A stretch of 64,000 nt of DNA from Minisyncoccales bacterium (GTDB lineage Bacteria; Patescibacteriota; Minisyncoccia; Minisyncoccales; JBAMLS01), in NCBI GenBank assembly GCA_039793445.1, contig JBAMLS010000001.1, positions 3,504-67,503 on the forward strand. Reading direction: 5' to 3'. Below are positions 29,796 to 40,900 of the stretch, piece after piece (the first letter of the stretch is position 1; each line of letters begins with the position of its first letter). The position numbers and the translations under genes were made by a program. The notes under the pieces were generated by a model. That model searched no databases. It saw only the letters and a program-made list of their open reading frames with translations, and had not been told where the DNA came from.

Positions 29796-31209
29796 TTTCT
29801 TTATTTAATGTTTTGACCTGAAAATCTATTTTTTTTGAAGTTTCTGGTAAAAAAGGTTTCAAAATATTTGAAATTTCACTTAATAAAAATAATAAATTTG
29901 ATATTTTTTGTTTTTGATCTTTATTTTTTTCCCAAGGTCTTGTTTTTTCTATATATTTATCAGTATAAGAAATCAAGTTCCAAATTTCTATTAAAGCTTC
30001 ATTTAATTTAAATTCTTTCATTTTTTGGTGATAAATTTTTAGGCTCTTTTTTAAAAAAACTAAACTTTCTTTAGATCCTTTTTTAGTTTTAACTTTTTCT
30101 CTTTGTGCAAGCGAAATAATTCTATTTACTAAATTACCCAAACCCAAAGCTAAATCCGCATTATATCTTTTCTCAAATTTCTCAAAGGTAAAGTCAACAT
30201 CTTCAAAGGGAGAAGATTCTCTTAAAAAATAGTATCTCACGGCATCTTTTCCATATTTTTGAACTAATTCAAATGGATCAACTATATTTCCTAAACTTTT
30301 TGACATTTTTTGGCCTTCTACCTTAATAAAACTATGAACTAAAATAGCGCGAGGAAGTTCTATTTTTGCAGATAACAAAAAGGCTAACCAATAAATTGCA
30401 TGAAATTTTAATATATCTTTTCCTATTAAATGTAAATCTGCTGGCCAATATTTTTTATATTTTTTTGAATTATTACCATAACCTATAGCCGAAATATAGT
30501 TTGCAAGAGCGTCAAACCAAACATAAATTTTTTGAGAATTATCATTTGGAACTAAAATACCAATCCCCTCTAATCTTTCTGAAGGTCTTGAAATACTTAA
30601 ATCTTCTAACTCTGAATTTAAGATATTTAATATTTCATTTTTCTTTGATTCTGGAATTATTTTAACTTTATCTTTTTGAATAATATTTTTTATTTTTTCT
30701 TTATATTTTGAAAGTCTAAAAAAATAATTTTCTTCTCTTACTTTTTCTGGCTCTCTTTGGTGTAAAGGACACTTTCCCGAAACTAAATCTTTTTTTGTTA
30801 AAAACGCCTCACAACCTACACAATATAAACCTTCATATTGTTTTTTATAGATATCGCCGTTTTTTTGACATTCTTGCCATAATTTTTGAACTCCGGGCCA
30901 ATGAATTTTTTTATCAGTTGTTCTTATAAAGTAACTATTAGAAATATCTAAAACTTTAGCGAGTTTTTTGAATTTTTGAGCGTTTCTTGAAATAAATTTT
31001 AAAGGAGATATATTTTCTTTTTTAGCTGAAATTACATTTTTTTGAGCATTTTCATCAGTACCGGTTAAGAAAAAAACATCTTTTCCAATCAAACGATTGT
31101 ATCTTGCAATAGTATCTGCTTGAATTAATTCCAAAGCATGGCCTAAATGCGGTGAAGCATTCACATAAAAAATAGAAGTAGTTAAATAAAATTTTTTATC
31201 TTTTGTCAT
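29776..31209 (-). CDS. metG: Methionyl-tRNA synthetase (short form)
   Basis: HLGH (HIGH-type) in NASPHLGHALE; KMSKSLGN; CxxC Zn knuckle (CVGCEA...CPLH). Confidence 0.85.
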   Translation of the reverse strand: MTKDKKFYLTTSIFYVNASPHLGHALELIQADTIARYNRLIGKDVFFLTGTDENAQKNVISAKKENISPLKFISRNAQKFKKLAKVLDISNSYFIRTTDKKIHWPGVQKLWQECQKNGDIYKKQYEGLYCVGCEAFLTKKDLVSGKCPLHQREPEKVREENYFFRLSKYKEKIKNIIQKDKVKIIPESKKNEILNILNSELEDLSISRPSERLEGIGILVPNDNSQKIYVWFDALANYISAIGYGNNSKKYKKYWPADLHLIGKDILKFHAIYWLAFLLSAKIELPRAILVHSFIKVEGQKMSKSLGNIVDPFELVQKYGKDAVRYYFLRESSPFEDVDFTFEKFEKRYNADLALGLGNLVNRIISLAQREKVKTKKGSKESLVFLKKSLKIYHQKMKEFKLNEALIEIWNLISYTDKYIEKTRPWEKNKDQKQKISNLLFLLSEISNILKPFLPETSKKIDFQVKTLNKEIVFQKI

Positions 31210-31879
31210 TTTTTATAATAATAACAAATTCTCCTTTTACTTTGTCTTTTTTAAGTTCTTCTAATACCTGATTTATCTTTCCCCGATAAATTTTTTCAAA
31301 ATATTTCGTCAATTCCTTTCCAACCACAACCTTTAAATTATTATTTATTTTTTTTAATTCCTCTAACGATTTAAGAATCCGGTGCGAAGATTCAAAAAAA
31401 ATTATTGGTAAATTTGAAAAAGCAATTTTTGCAAAAAGCGACTTTCTTTTTTTCTTTTTTGGCAAAAAACCTAAAAATAAAAATTTTTCCATTTTCATCC
31501 CCGCTACAGAAGCAATCGCGCAAATAGCAGAAGGACCAGGAATAGGAATAATTTTAATATCTTTTCCAAAAACTTCAACAATTTTTTCTATTAATTTGTT
31601 TCCAGGATCTGAAATGCCTGGAGTGCCAGCATCAGATAATAAAGCGAGATTTTTACCCTCTTTTAATAAAGATATAATATAATTAATTTTTTCAATTTTA
31701 GAATGATGATGATAAGAAATTAAAGGTTTTCCAATAGAATAATATTCTAATAATTTTTTTGTTACTCTAGTATCCTCACATAATATAAAATTAACCTTTT
31801 TTAAGATATTTACCGCTCTTTGTGTTATATCTTCTAAATTTCCTATAGGACTAGCGACAATATATAATATTCCTGGCAT
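31196..31879 (-). CDS. rsmI: 16S rRNA (cytidine1402-2'-O)-methyltransferase
   Basis: LYIVASPIGNLEDITQRAVNILKKVNFILCEDTRVTKKLL is the canonical RsmI N-terminus. Confidence 0.85.
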   Translation of the reverse strand: MPGILYIVASPIGNLEDITQRAVNILKKVNFILCEDTRVTKKLLEYYSIGKPLISYHHHSKIEKINYIISLLKEGKNLALLSDAGTPGISDPGNKLIEKIVEVFGKDIKIIPIPGPSAICAIASVAGMKMEKFLFLGFLPKKKKRKSLFAKIAFSNLPIIFFESSHRILKSLEELKKINNNLKVVVGKELTKYFEKIYRGKINQVLEELKKDKVKGEFVIIIKNDKR

Positions 31880-32892
31880 TAATTTTGAGAAATATTTTTA
31901 GCTAAAAAATATTCCTTTAAAAATTCTGATAAAATACCTAAAAGAGGAATTGCTAACACTGCACCCAATGGCCCCCAAAGTCTTTCACCAACTACTAAAG
32001 ACAATAAAACTAAACTTGGGGAAATATTCATAATTTTGCGGAAAAAGAGGGGTGAAAAAATATTATTTTGAATTATCTGTAAGGCAATGAAAGAAATAAT
32101 AGAAAAAATAGCTTTTAAAGGCGAATCTATTAATCCAGTAAAAAAAATTAAAACTCCGGCAAAGATACCCCCCAAATAGGGCACAAAATCTAATATTCCA
32201 GCTAAAATAGCTAATAAAAATGAATATCTTACTTGAAAAATATATAAAACTATATAAACCGAAACAGCAAGAAAAATACAAGAAATAATTCTCACTAAAA
32301 ACCACTCGATTACTTTTTGCTCGCTTTTTCGCCATAAAAGAATTAATCTTTCTTTATATTTTTCAGGCAAAATAAGAGAAATTAAATTTACAAATATATC
32401 CTTTTGTAAAGATAGAAAAAAAGCAAGAGTAATAGTAAAAATGGTCCAAGAAATATTACCAAAAATAGCAGATAAAGCTAAAAAAGCGCTTTGGCCTATT
32501 TTTTCAAAATTTGAAGGATCTGGATAAAGAAGTTTGTGCAAAAAATTAACATTGATACCAAACATTTTAAATAAAGGAGAAAGTTGGTTTAAATATATTG
32601 GAAGATTGTCAATAATTTGTAAAATTTCTTTTTCAATTATTGGTCCGCTTTTCCATAATAAAACTCCAATTAGAGAAAAACTACCCACATAAATTAAAAT
32701 AGCGGCAATAATACGGGGAATTTTCTTTCTTTCTAAAAAATCAATAAAAAAATTGGCAACAATAGAAATAATGACACCAAATATAACCCATACAATTAAA
32801 TCTTTTAGTAAATAAAGAAAATATAAAGATATTATTAACAAAATTATTTTATAAATAGCGCTAAAACTAATATCAATATTTTCTCTTTCCAT
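31879..32892 (-). CDS. AI-2E family (PerM/YdiK-like) membrane transporter
   Basis: 8-TM protein about 340 aa, with the N-terminal pattern of the AI-2E family (helix, then charged loop ERKKIPR, then helix). Confidence 0.5.
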   Translation of the reverse strand: MERENIDISFSAIYKIILLIISLYFLYLLKDLIVWVIFGVIISIVANFFIDFLERKKIPRIIAAILIYVGSFSLIGVLLWKSGPIIEKEILQIIDNLPIYLNQLSPLFKMFGINVNFLHKLLYPDPSNFEKIGQSAFLALSAIFGNISWTIFTITLAFFLSLQKDIFVNLISLILPEKYKERLILLWRKSEQKVIEWFLVRIISCIFLAVSVYIVLYIFQVRYSFLLAILAGILDFVPYLGGIFAGVLIFFTGLIDSPLKAIFSIISFIALQIIQNNIFSPLFFRKIMNISPSLVLLSLVVGERLWGPLGAVLAIPLLGILSEFLKEYFLAKNISQN

Positions 32893-32895
32893 ATA

Positions 32896-34158
32896 TTAAA
32901 TCTTTAATAAATTTAAAAAATCATTTTCTTTTTGAGGACCAATAATTGCTAAATTCAGGTTTTCTTTTTTAAATATTTCTTTTGCCACTTTTTTAATATC
33001 TTCGGTAGCAATATTATCTATTTCTTTTTTTAATTGATCTGGGGTTAAAATTTTATCAGTAAGAAATTCTTGAAAAGCATAAAATCTTGCTTCAGATTCC
33101 GAATTATCTAAAGATAAAGTTAGATTTCCTTTTAAATATTCTTTTGCCATTTTAATTTCTTCTGGCAAAATTTTTCCATCTTTTACATTTTTATATTCTT
33201 TTAAAATTAACTTTATGACTTCTTTTACTTTTTCGTGGGGTACACCCAAACTTGTTGTTAAATAGCCATGATCTGTATATAAAACCGAAGAGGTGTAAAT
33301 ATAATAAGATATACCTAATTTTGTTCTTATTTTTTGGAAAAATCTTGAACTCATATTTCCTCCCAAAATTACACTAATAATTTCTTGAGCATACTTTTCT
33401 TTACTATTTAAATTATATCCTTTTACACCAATAGAAATGTGCGTTTGATCAGTCTTTTTTTGCATTATTTTTATTTTAGGCTTGATATTATTTTGGGAAA
33501 TAATTTTTTCATTTTTTTTAAAACCCCTTTTTAAATTTTTAAAATATTTTAAAGCTAAATTAATCATCTCTTTTTCCTTAAAATTTCCAGCCAAAACCAA
33601 CATTGCATTTTCTAATAAATAATATCTATTTAAGTAACTTAAAAAATCTTCCCTCTTAAATCTTTTAATATTTTCTTTTTTTCCGATTACACTCCAACCA
33701 ATTGGTTGATCATCATATAAAGATTCTTCAAATAAGTCTCCAATATATGATATAGGAGTATCTAAATACATATTATATTCTTGCAAAATAACACCTCTTT
33801 CTTTTTCCATTTCTTTTTCTTCAAATTTAGAATTTAATAAAATATCAGATAAAAAATCAAAAGCAAGCTCTAAATAAGATTTATCTACTTTAGCAAAATA
33901 ATATGTATATTCTTTAGAGGTAAAAGCATTATAAATACCACCTATTGAATCTAAGGTAATTGCAATATCTTTTTGAGTAGGTCTTTTCTTTGTTCCTTTA
34001 AAAAATAAATGTTCTAAAAAGTGAGAAATACCATTTTCTTCTTTTTTTTCATATCTACTTCCAACACCAAAAATCATCATTACCGTTACTATATCGGTAT
34101 TATTAGATGGCACAAAGATTGTTTTTAATCCGTTTTTTAAAATAATTTTTTTATACAT
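32896..34158 (-). CDS. M16-family (pitrilysin-like) zinc peptidase
   Basis: Inverted zinc motif HFLEHLFFKGT plus downstream Glu. Confidence 0.8.
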   Translation of the reverse strand: MYKKIILKNGLKTIFVPSNNTDIVTVMMIFGVGSRYEKKEENGISHFLEHLFFKGTKKRPTQKDIAITLDSIGGIYNAFTSKEYTYYFAKVDKSYLELAFDFLSDILLNSKFEEKEMEKERGVILQEYNMYLDTPISYIGDLFEESLYDDQPIGWSVIGKKENIKRFKREDFLSYLNRYYLLENAMLVLAGNFKEKEMINLALKYFKNLKRGFKKNEKIISQNNIKPKIKIMQKKTDQTHISIGVKGYNLNSKEKYAQEIISVILGGNMSSRFFQKIRTKLGISYYIYTSSVLYTDHGYLTTSLGVPHEKVKEVIKLILKEYKNVKDGKILPEEIKMAKEYLKGNLTLSLDNSESEARFYAFQEFLTDKILTPDQLKKEIDNIATEDIKKVAKEIFKKENLNLAIIGPQKENDFLNLLKI

Positions 34159-35515
34159 TAAATTTATCTTTAAAATATGAAATTAAATCTGAAACCTTTA
34201 TTCTTTCTTGGAACATTGTATCCCTATCTCTTACAGTTACAGTATCGTCTTCTAATGTTTGAAAATCGATTGTCACGGCAAATGGACAACCTATTTCATC
34301 AAATCTTCTATATCTTCTTCCTATAGAACCATTTTCATCATATTCACAAAAAAAGTGATTTTTTAAAAGCTTACAAATCTCTTTTGATTTTATAATTAAT
34401 TCTTCTTTGTTTGTTAAAAGTGGGAAAACAGCAATTTGAATAGGAGCTAAATTTTTGTTTAATTTTAATAATATCTCAACTTCTTTAGTTTTTTGGGTAG
34501 TTATTGTTCTACCTCCTTTTATTTCTTCAAAAGCGTCGCATAAAATTGCCAAAAATAATCTATCTATACCAAGAGTAGGTTCTATTACAAAAGGAATATA
34601 TCTTTTTTTCTTAAGATCGTCAAAATAACTTAAATCTTTTCCAGACATTTTACTATGCGCTTTCAAATCAAAATCAGTTCTATTTGCTATACCAGCTAAT
34701 TCTCCCCAACCAAAAGGAAATTTATATTCAATATCCATAGTTCTTTTTGAATAGTGCGCTAAAGATTCTTTTTTATGTTCATAGAGTCTTAAATTTTCTT
34801 CTTTTATTCCAAGAGAAATAATAAAATTTTTCCATTCTTTTACCCAATAATCAAAAAATTTTTCGTCATCTTTTGGTTCAACAAAATATTCTATCTCTCC
34901 GATTTCAAATTCTCTTGATCTAAAAATGAAATTGCCAGTAGTAATTTCATTTCTAAAGGCTTTACCAATTTGACCTATTCCAAAAGGAATTTTTAATCTT
35001 AAGGTTTGTAAAACTAAATTAAAATCTAAAAACATCGATTGGGCAGTTTCTGGTCTTAAAAAAGTTAAATGACTTTCATCTTCTACTGGTCCCAAAAAGG
35101 TTTTGAACATTAAATTAAACTGTCGAGGTGGGGTAAATTCTTTACCTCCACATAAAGGACATTGATTTTTTTCCTTCGCCTTTCCTTGACCTAAAAATGC
35201 GCCTTCTGCCATATAATCTGCCCTAAATCTTGAATGACAACTTTTACATTCAATTAAAGGATCAGTAAAATTTTCTATATGACCCGAAGCTTCCCACACT
35301 TTTGGATGAAGTATCACGCTACTATCTATTAAAACAATATCATCTCTTTCTTGAATAAATTTTTTTATCCATAATCTTTTAATATTATTTTTTAATAAAG
35401 AACCTAAAGGACCATAATCCCAGATTGCTTCTACGCCTCCATAAATTTCAGAAGACTGAAAAATAAAACCCCTTCTTTTTGCAAAAGAAACAATTTTATC
35501 CATTAATAATTCCAT
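34151..35515 (-). CDS. glyS: Glycyl-tRNA synthetase, dimeric archaeal/eukaryote-type
   Basis: N-terminus MELLMDKIVSFAKRRGFIFQSSEIYGGVEAIWDYGPLG and class II motifs typical of alpha2 GlyRS. Confidence 0.85.
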   Translation of the reverse strand: MELLMDKIVSFAKRRGFIFQSSEIYGGVEAIWDYGPLGSLLKNNIKRLWIKKFIQERDDIVLIDSSVILHPKVWEASGHIENFTDPLIECKSCHSRFRADYMAEGAFLGQGKAKEKNQCPLCGGKEFTPPRQFNLMFKTFLGPVEDESHLTFLRPETAQSMFLDFNLVLQTLRLKIPFGIGQIGKAFRNEITTGNFIFRSREFEIGEIEYFVEPKDDEKFFDYWVKEWKNFIISLGIKEENLRLYEHKKESLAHYSKRTMDIEYKFPFGWGELAGIANRTDFDLKAHSKMSGKDLSYFDDLKKKRYIPFVIEPTLGIDRLFLAILCDAFEEIKGGRTITTQKTKEVEILLKLNKNLAPIQIAVFPLLTNKEELIIKSKEICKLLKNHFFCEYDENGSIGRRYRRFDEIGCPFAVTIDFQTLEDDTVTVRDRDTMFQERIKVSDLISYFKDKFNV

Positions 35516-35523
35516 ACTATCTG

Positions 35524-37191
35524 TTATTGGTTATTTTCAACTATTGTACCCCCTCGAATATCAATTGAATTATCATCTGGTAAGGTAGAATCTTTACCCT
35601 CTGCCTTTTCTTTTATAATTTCTCCTGTCACTGCGTCTATTCCAGAAAATTCTGATTCATTTAATAAATTAACAACCTTTCCAACCTGAGATTCCTGGGG
35701 AGTAAACTCTATCTGAAAAGCTAAGGTTAAAGGAGTAGAAGACTCAGATCCTACCCAAGGGGAAATGTCGCCTATATTCCAAATAATTTCTCTTGAATTT
35801 TGATCAAAAGTAAATTTTGCATCCTCTGGGAAAATTTTTCCCGTAAGTTGAATATATTCAGGTAAAGTTGTTTTTATCCTTGCGTTTTTAATCCCATTCC
35901 AGCCAGATTTTATCTGCCAAAGAACAGTATATTGCGTAGAAGAACCAATTTGAGGAGGAACTGGACCTTCATTATCAAAAATATCTTGTTGTCTTAAAAC
36001 TTTTTGAGAAAAGTTTATATAAGAATTTACACTATTTTGAAATGTTTTTTGAATATCACCAAAACTTATTTTTAAAGTTAAAAGAGGAGTGCCAGAATTT
36101 GTGCCAATAGCATCTATTCCTTTTAATTTTACCCAGAAATCAGCCTTTCCTTCTTCTAAAGCGTCCAAAAATCTTAATGAAGGCACATCTTTCCAATCCC
36201 ATAAAATAGTATTATCACCCTTTGCAAAAGATCCCTTGGGCACTAAGACAGTATCTAAATCGAAAAGGTCACCCTGAAGAGTTACTAATAAAAATTTCTT
36301 TTCTACTGGTTTTTGACTTAAATTTTTAAAAAATATTTCATAATGCAACAATTCTCCTGCTTGGGGTTTATAATCTGCTATACCATTAATTAAATAAGAA
36401 ATAAAAACAGGAGATTGAGCAATTTCTAATGACTGGGATGTTTCTTTTAAAACTATAAAATTATTATCTAAAATTATTCCCAATTTTGCTCTAAAAATTT
36501 GTTGGCTCTTTTCTTGACCTGAAATAATACCAGAAATCATAATTCTTCCCCCATTTAATTTTTTTAAAAGAGGAATTTGCCATTGATTTTGTTCTATACC
36601 CTGAGGCTTAGCTTTAATGAATTGAAAACCAGAAGGATAATCTATTTGAATAGCCAAATTTTCCAAATCTGCTTCACTATTTGAAAAATAATTTAAAGAA
36701 AAATTAATTTCTGTATTACTTTCACTTTTTAAAGGTAAATCAAATTCAAAAGTTATCGGAACAAACTGAATTTTTGTATTAAAAGAGGTATTTACTTCAT
36801 ATCTCGCCTTTAAATTTTTTGGTTGAAAACTCAAATATGCTTTTGCCACCAAATTATCTCCTTCTTTACCAAAAAGGATACCTTTGAAAGTAAAACTATT
36901 TTCTTGTCCTGGATAAATATCAGGTAAGGTTTTAATAATTCTCTTTTGACTTTCTTTTGAAATGGAATTTTGGGGAAATTCAAAAACTAATTCTGGTTTT
37001 TCAAGAGTAGTATTCCCATTATTTTTATAGCGAACAGTATATTCTATATTTTGCCCAGCCGAAATTGTATCTGGAGCTAAAATTTCTAATTTTAAAACTT
37101 CTTTAGAAAACTGCACTTTTTCAAAATATAGAAAAATAAAACCAACTAATAAAATTAATAAAAATAAAATTATCCCTAAAACCTTATTCAT
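35524..37191 (-). CDS. Cell-surface/secreted protein with repeated CARDB/DUF11-like beta-sandwich domains; N-terminal signal anchor
   Basis: N-terminal TM; LAPDTISAGQNIEYTVRYKNNGNTTLEKPELVFEFP-type repeat characteristic of CARDB/DUF11 domains; no catalytic motifs. Confidence 0.4.
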   Translation of the reverse strand: MNKVLGIILFLLILLVGFIFLYFEKVQFSKEVLKLEILAPDTISAGQNIEYTVRYKNNGNTTLEKPELVFEFPQNSISKESQKRIIKTLPDIYPGQENSFTFKGILFGKEGDNLVAKAYLSFQPKNLKARYEVNTSFNTKIQFVPITFEFDLPLKSESNTEINFSLNYFSNSEADLENLAIQIDYPSGFQFIKAKPQGIEQNQWQIPLLKKLNGGRIMISGIISGQEKSQQIFRAKLGIILDNNFIVLKETSQSLEIAQSPVFISYLINGIADYKPQAGELLHYEIFFKNLSQKPVEKKFLLVTLQGDLFDLDTVLVPKGSFAKGDNTILWDWKDVPSLRFLDALEEGKADFWVKLKGIDAIGTNSGTPLLTLKISFGDIQKTFQNSVNSYINFSQKVLRQQDIFDNEGPVPPQIGSSTQYTVLWQIKSGWNGIKNARIKTTLPEYIQLTGKIFPEDAKFTFDQNSREIIWNIGDISPWVGSESSTPLTLAFQIEFTPQESQVGKVVNLLNESEFSGIDAVTGEIIKEKAEGKDSTLPDDNSIDIRGGTIVENNQ

Positions 37192-37921
37192 ATTTTTGAT
37201 AATTTTTCAAAAAATCTAAATAAAATTTCGTAATTAATTTTAAATTTAAAAAATCGGCTTTTAAAATTCTTAAATTTTTATAATCTTCGTGAAGAAAAAA
37301 TTTTAATATTTTTATGGTATTAAAATTAATCGGTTTTACATAATCTTTTTCATCTAAAAAATTTTTTCTAAAACATTTTTTGCAAATTATCCCTCCTTCT
37401 TTTACTGAAAAATAAAATATATCATCCTTTTTAGGTTTTATTTTACAAGATATACAATGTTCTAAAACTGGTTTAAATCCTAAAATAGCAATTAAATTCC
37501 ATAAATAATAATAATATAAAGACAACAAAAAAGCAATTTTTATATTTGCTAATTTTTTAAAAAAATTATTTAATAAAAACCATAAATTTTCATCTTTTTC
37601 CTCAAAGGGTATTAAAGAAAAAAGAACGTTGACAAAGGCTAAAGCTATTTTTAATTTTCTTTCATCTCCTCTAATTCCGTAAAATTTATCAATCGGAAAA
37701 CTATCAGTTAATATTTTTTGATTTTTTCCTTGAACAAACTCAACACTGCCCAATAAAAATAGGGTAGCATTTTCTTTTAATTTGGCATTAATTTTCCTTA
37801 TACCCCTTGCAAAAATTTCTATTTTTCCGAAATCTTTAGTAAATAAGATAAAAATTTTATCCGCATCTCCAATCTCTTCTTCTCCTAAAAAGAGAGCTTC
37901 AGTATTCTGCTTTGAAAACAT
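37184..37921 (-). CDS. recO: DNA repair protein RecO
   Basis: OB-fold N-terminus (ALFLGEEEIGDADKIFILFTKDFGKIEIFARG); C-terminal CxxC...CxxC zinc finger. Confidence 0.7.
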   Translation of the reverse strand: MFSKQNTEALFLGEEEIGDADKIFILFTKDFGKIEIFARGIRKINAKLKENATLFLLGSVEFVQGKNQKILTDSFPIDKFYGIRGDERKLKIALAFVNVLFSLIPFEEKDENLWFLLNNFFKKLANIKIAFLLSLYYYYLWNLIAILGFKPVLEHCISCKIKPKKDDIFYFSVKEGGIICKKCFRKNFLDEKDYVKPINFNTIKILKFFLHEDYKNLRILKADFLNLKLITKFYLDFLKNYQKYE

Positions 37922-37930
37922 AAAAAATTA

Positions 37931-40900
37931 TTAAAAAAAATCAAATTTTTTTACAGTAAAATATACTTTTTTTTCATCAAAAGAAATTTCCTTAAAAAGA
38001 TTTTTATCTTTTATAATAACCTCTCTCAAAACTTCTATTTTTGCTTCTTTTTTAATATTTTCTTCATTTTTTGAGATTATTGAAATAATTTTTGAATCGC
38101 CGCCATATTCTACTAAAATTTTATCTTTTGGTTTTAAATTCATTTCCTTTCTCTTAGATTGAATATTTCTTATAAATTCTCTTTTAATTCCCTCTTCTAT
38201 TAATTCTTCGGTTAAAGTAGTATCTAACTCTATTTTTTCTTTTAATGTTTTTTCGAAAACAATCTCTTTTACATTTACTTCTTCTTTAATTAAATCTAAT
38301 AATTTAGTATTTTTAATTTTAAAGAAATCTGGTTTTATTTTTAATACTCCAAGAGGTTGTCTAACTTTAATAGAATGTTTTGCCCTTTCAGCAAGAGCTA
38401 AAGAACAGATTTCACGTATTTTTTCCATCTCTTTTTCCAAATTTTTATCTATAAGTTCTTTATTAACTTTTGGAAAATCTTCCAAATGTACAGAGATTTT
38501 TGATTTATTTATATTATGTTTAAGTTCTTGATAAAAAAATTCGCTTTGAAATGGTAAAAAAGGAGCAGTAATTTTAGCTAAAGAAAATAATACAAAAGTT
38601 AAAACCTGAACGGTCATTTGGGATTCTTCATCTTGCTTTTGGTTTTGGAATATTTTTCTTGATCTTCTAATATACCACAATGATAAATCATTGATAATAA
38701 AATTTTCTATTTCTCTTGCGGCTTTATTTATCTCATATTTTTCTAAAGCATTTTGGGAAATTAAAATAGTAGAGTAAAATTTTGAAATTATCCATTTGTC
38801 TAAAATATTATTAGATTTTTTTACTAATTTTTGAATATTATTTGGATTAATAGTTTTTATTTTCCGAATATAAGTTTTTAAAAAAACAAAACAGTTCCAA
38901 AAAGTTAAGATAAATCTATTTTTAGTTTTTTCTATATCTTTTTCTGAAAAAAGTTTATAATCGCCAGGTTGATTAATTGTATAAAAATACCACCTTGTCG
39001 CATCAACTCCATATTTCTCAATAATATACCAAGGTGAAACAACATTTCCTTTTGATTTTGACATTTTTTCGCCTTTCTCATCTAAAACAATACCTAAAGA
39101 AATAACGTTTTTATAAGAAGGACCAAAACCCAATAAAGTTGAAATAGACAACAATGTATAAAACCAACCCCTTGTTTGATCAATACCTTCTGAAATAAAA
39201 TCAGCTGGAAATAGTTTTGGAGGTTTTAATTTTTGTTTTTCATTTATTTTATTTTGAAAGGAAGAAAAAGGCCAATGTTCTTGAGCAAATGGCATAGCTC
39301 CTGAATCAAACCAACAATCAATTACAAAAGACACCCTTTCCATTTTTTCTCCACATTTCGGGCAGTAAAATTTAATATTATCAACATAAGGTTTGTGTAA
39401 ATCTATTTCCCATTTTTTATTGTATGGTAAATCTTTAAATTCAATTTCTCGATATTCTCCGGTTTTTATTTTATTTCTCTCTATTTTTTCTTCAAAATCT
39501 TTTATATCATATCCTAAAACTGTTCCCTGAAACATTAAAATTGGTTTTGAATGACTTATAATTAAAATTGTTTTTCCAGTATATTTTTTATCTATTTCTT
39601 TAATAAAATTAAAAATTCTTTTTCTTACATCATTATAGTTTTCTCCCCCTTTGGGTTTTTTAAAAAATCTTTCTTTATAAGAAGACCAATAACCTTCAAA
39701 TTCAGAAATTAATTTTCCCTCAAAAATACCAGCTTTAATATCTCTTAATCTTTTATCAAAAATTGGCTCTATATTTAATTCTTTTCCTAAAATTTCTGCT
39801 GTTTCTCTTGTTCTTTCTAAATCAGAAGAAATTATAATATCAATATTTTCTTTCTTTAATTTTTTTGCTACCCTTTTTATTTCTTTTTTTCCTCTTTCTG
39901 TAAGAGAAGATAAAATTTTTTCAGGTTTACTCGAAATAATTATATTTCTCAAATTCATTTCAGATTCTCCATGCCTTAAAAATAAATATCTATTTTGAGA
40001 AAATTTTTGTTCTTTTAATTCATTAATAGAACCAATTATTTTTCTATAACCACATTTTTTACATTCCCAAATAGGTAATGGAGTACCCCAATATCTTTCT
40101 CTTGATAAAGACCAATCTTTAGCTTCTTTTAACCATTCTCCAAACCTTCCTGTTTTTATATGTTTTGGAATCCAATTAATTTTTCTATTGTTAGAAATTA
40201 AATCATTTTTCAAAGCTGACATTTTTATAAACCATCCATTTTTTGCAAAAAAAATTAAAGGAGTTTTACAACGCCAACAAAAAGGATATTCGTGTTCTAT
40301 TATTTTTTCTTTAAAAAGAAAATTTCTTTCTTTTAAATCTTTTATAATTAGAGGATCGGCATCCTTTACAAAAATACCAGCAAATTTTTCGACAAATAAT
40401 TTAAATTTTCCTTCCTCATTTACATTTAAAATTATAGGAAATTCTGGTAATTTTTTTTCTTTCAATTTTAAATTTTGATTTTCTATTAACTCCATATCTT
40501 CTGGTCCAAAAGCTGGAGCTATATGAACTAAACCAGTTCCCTCTTCTAAAGTAACAAAATCTGCTGGAAATAACTTATAAATATTACTTTGATATTCTTT
40601 TACAGGATAGGGTGGTTCATAAGAAATTAACGAAAATTTATTTATATCAATTTCTTCATAAGAATAATTTTCTAATCCTAAATCTTTTATTCTTTCTTTG
40701 GCTAATATTAAGTATTCATCATTTATCTTTACTTTTACATATTTAAATTTGGTGTTAAATGCAACTGCTACATTTCCAGGTAATGTCCAAGGGGTAGTTG
40801 TCCATATCAAAAGAGAGGTATTTTCAAATTCAGGATTCAAAATTTTAAATTTAACAAAAATAGAGGTTTCTTTTACTGTTTTATAACCCTGGGCAACTTC

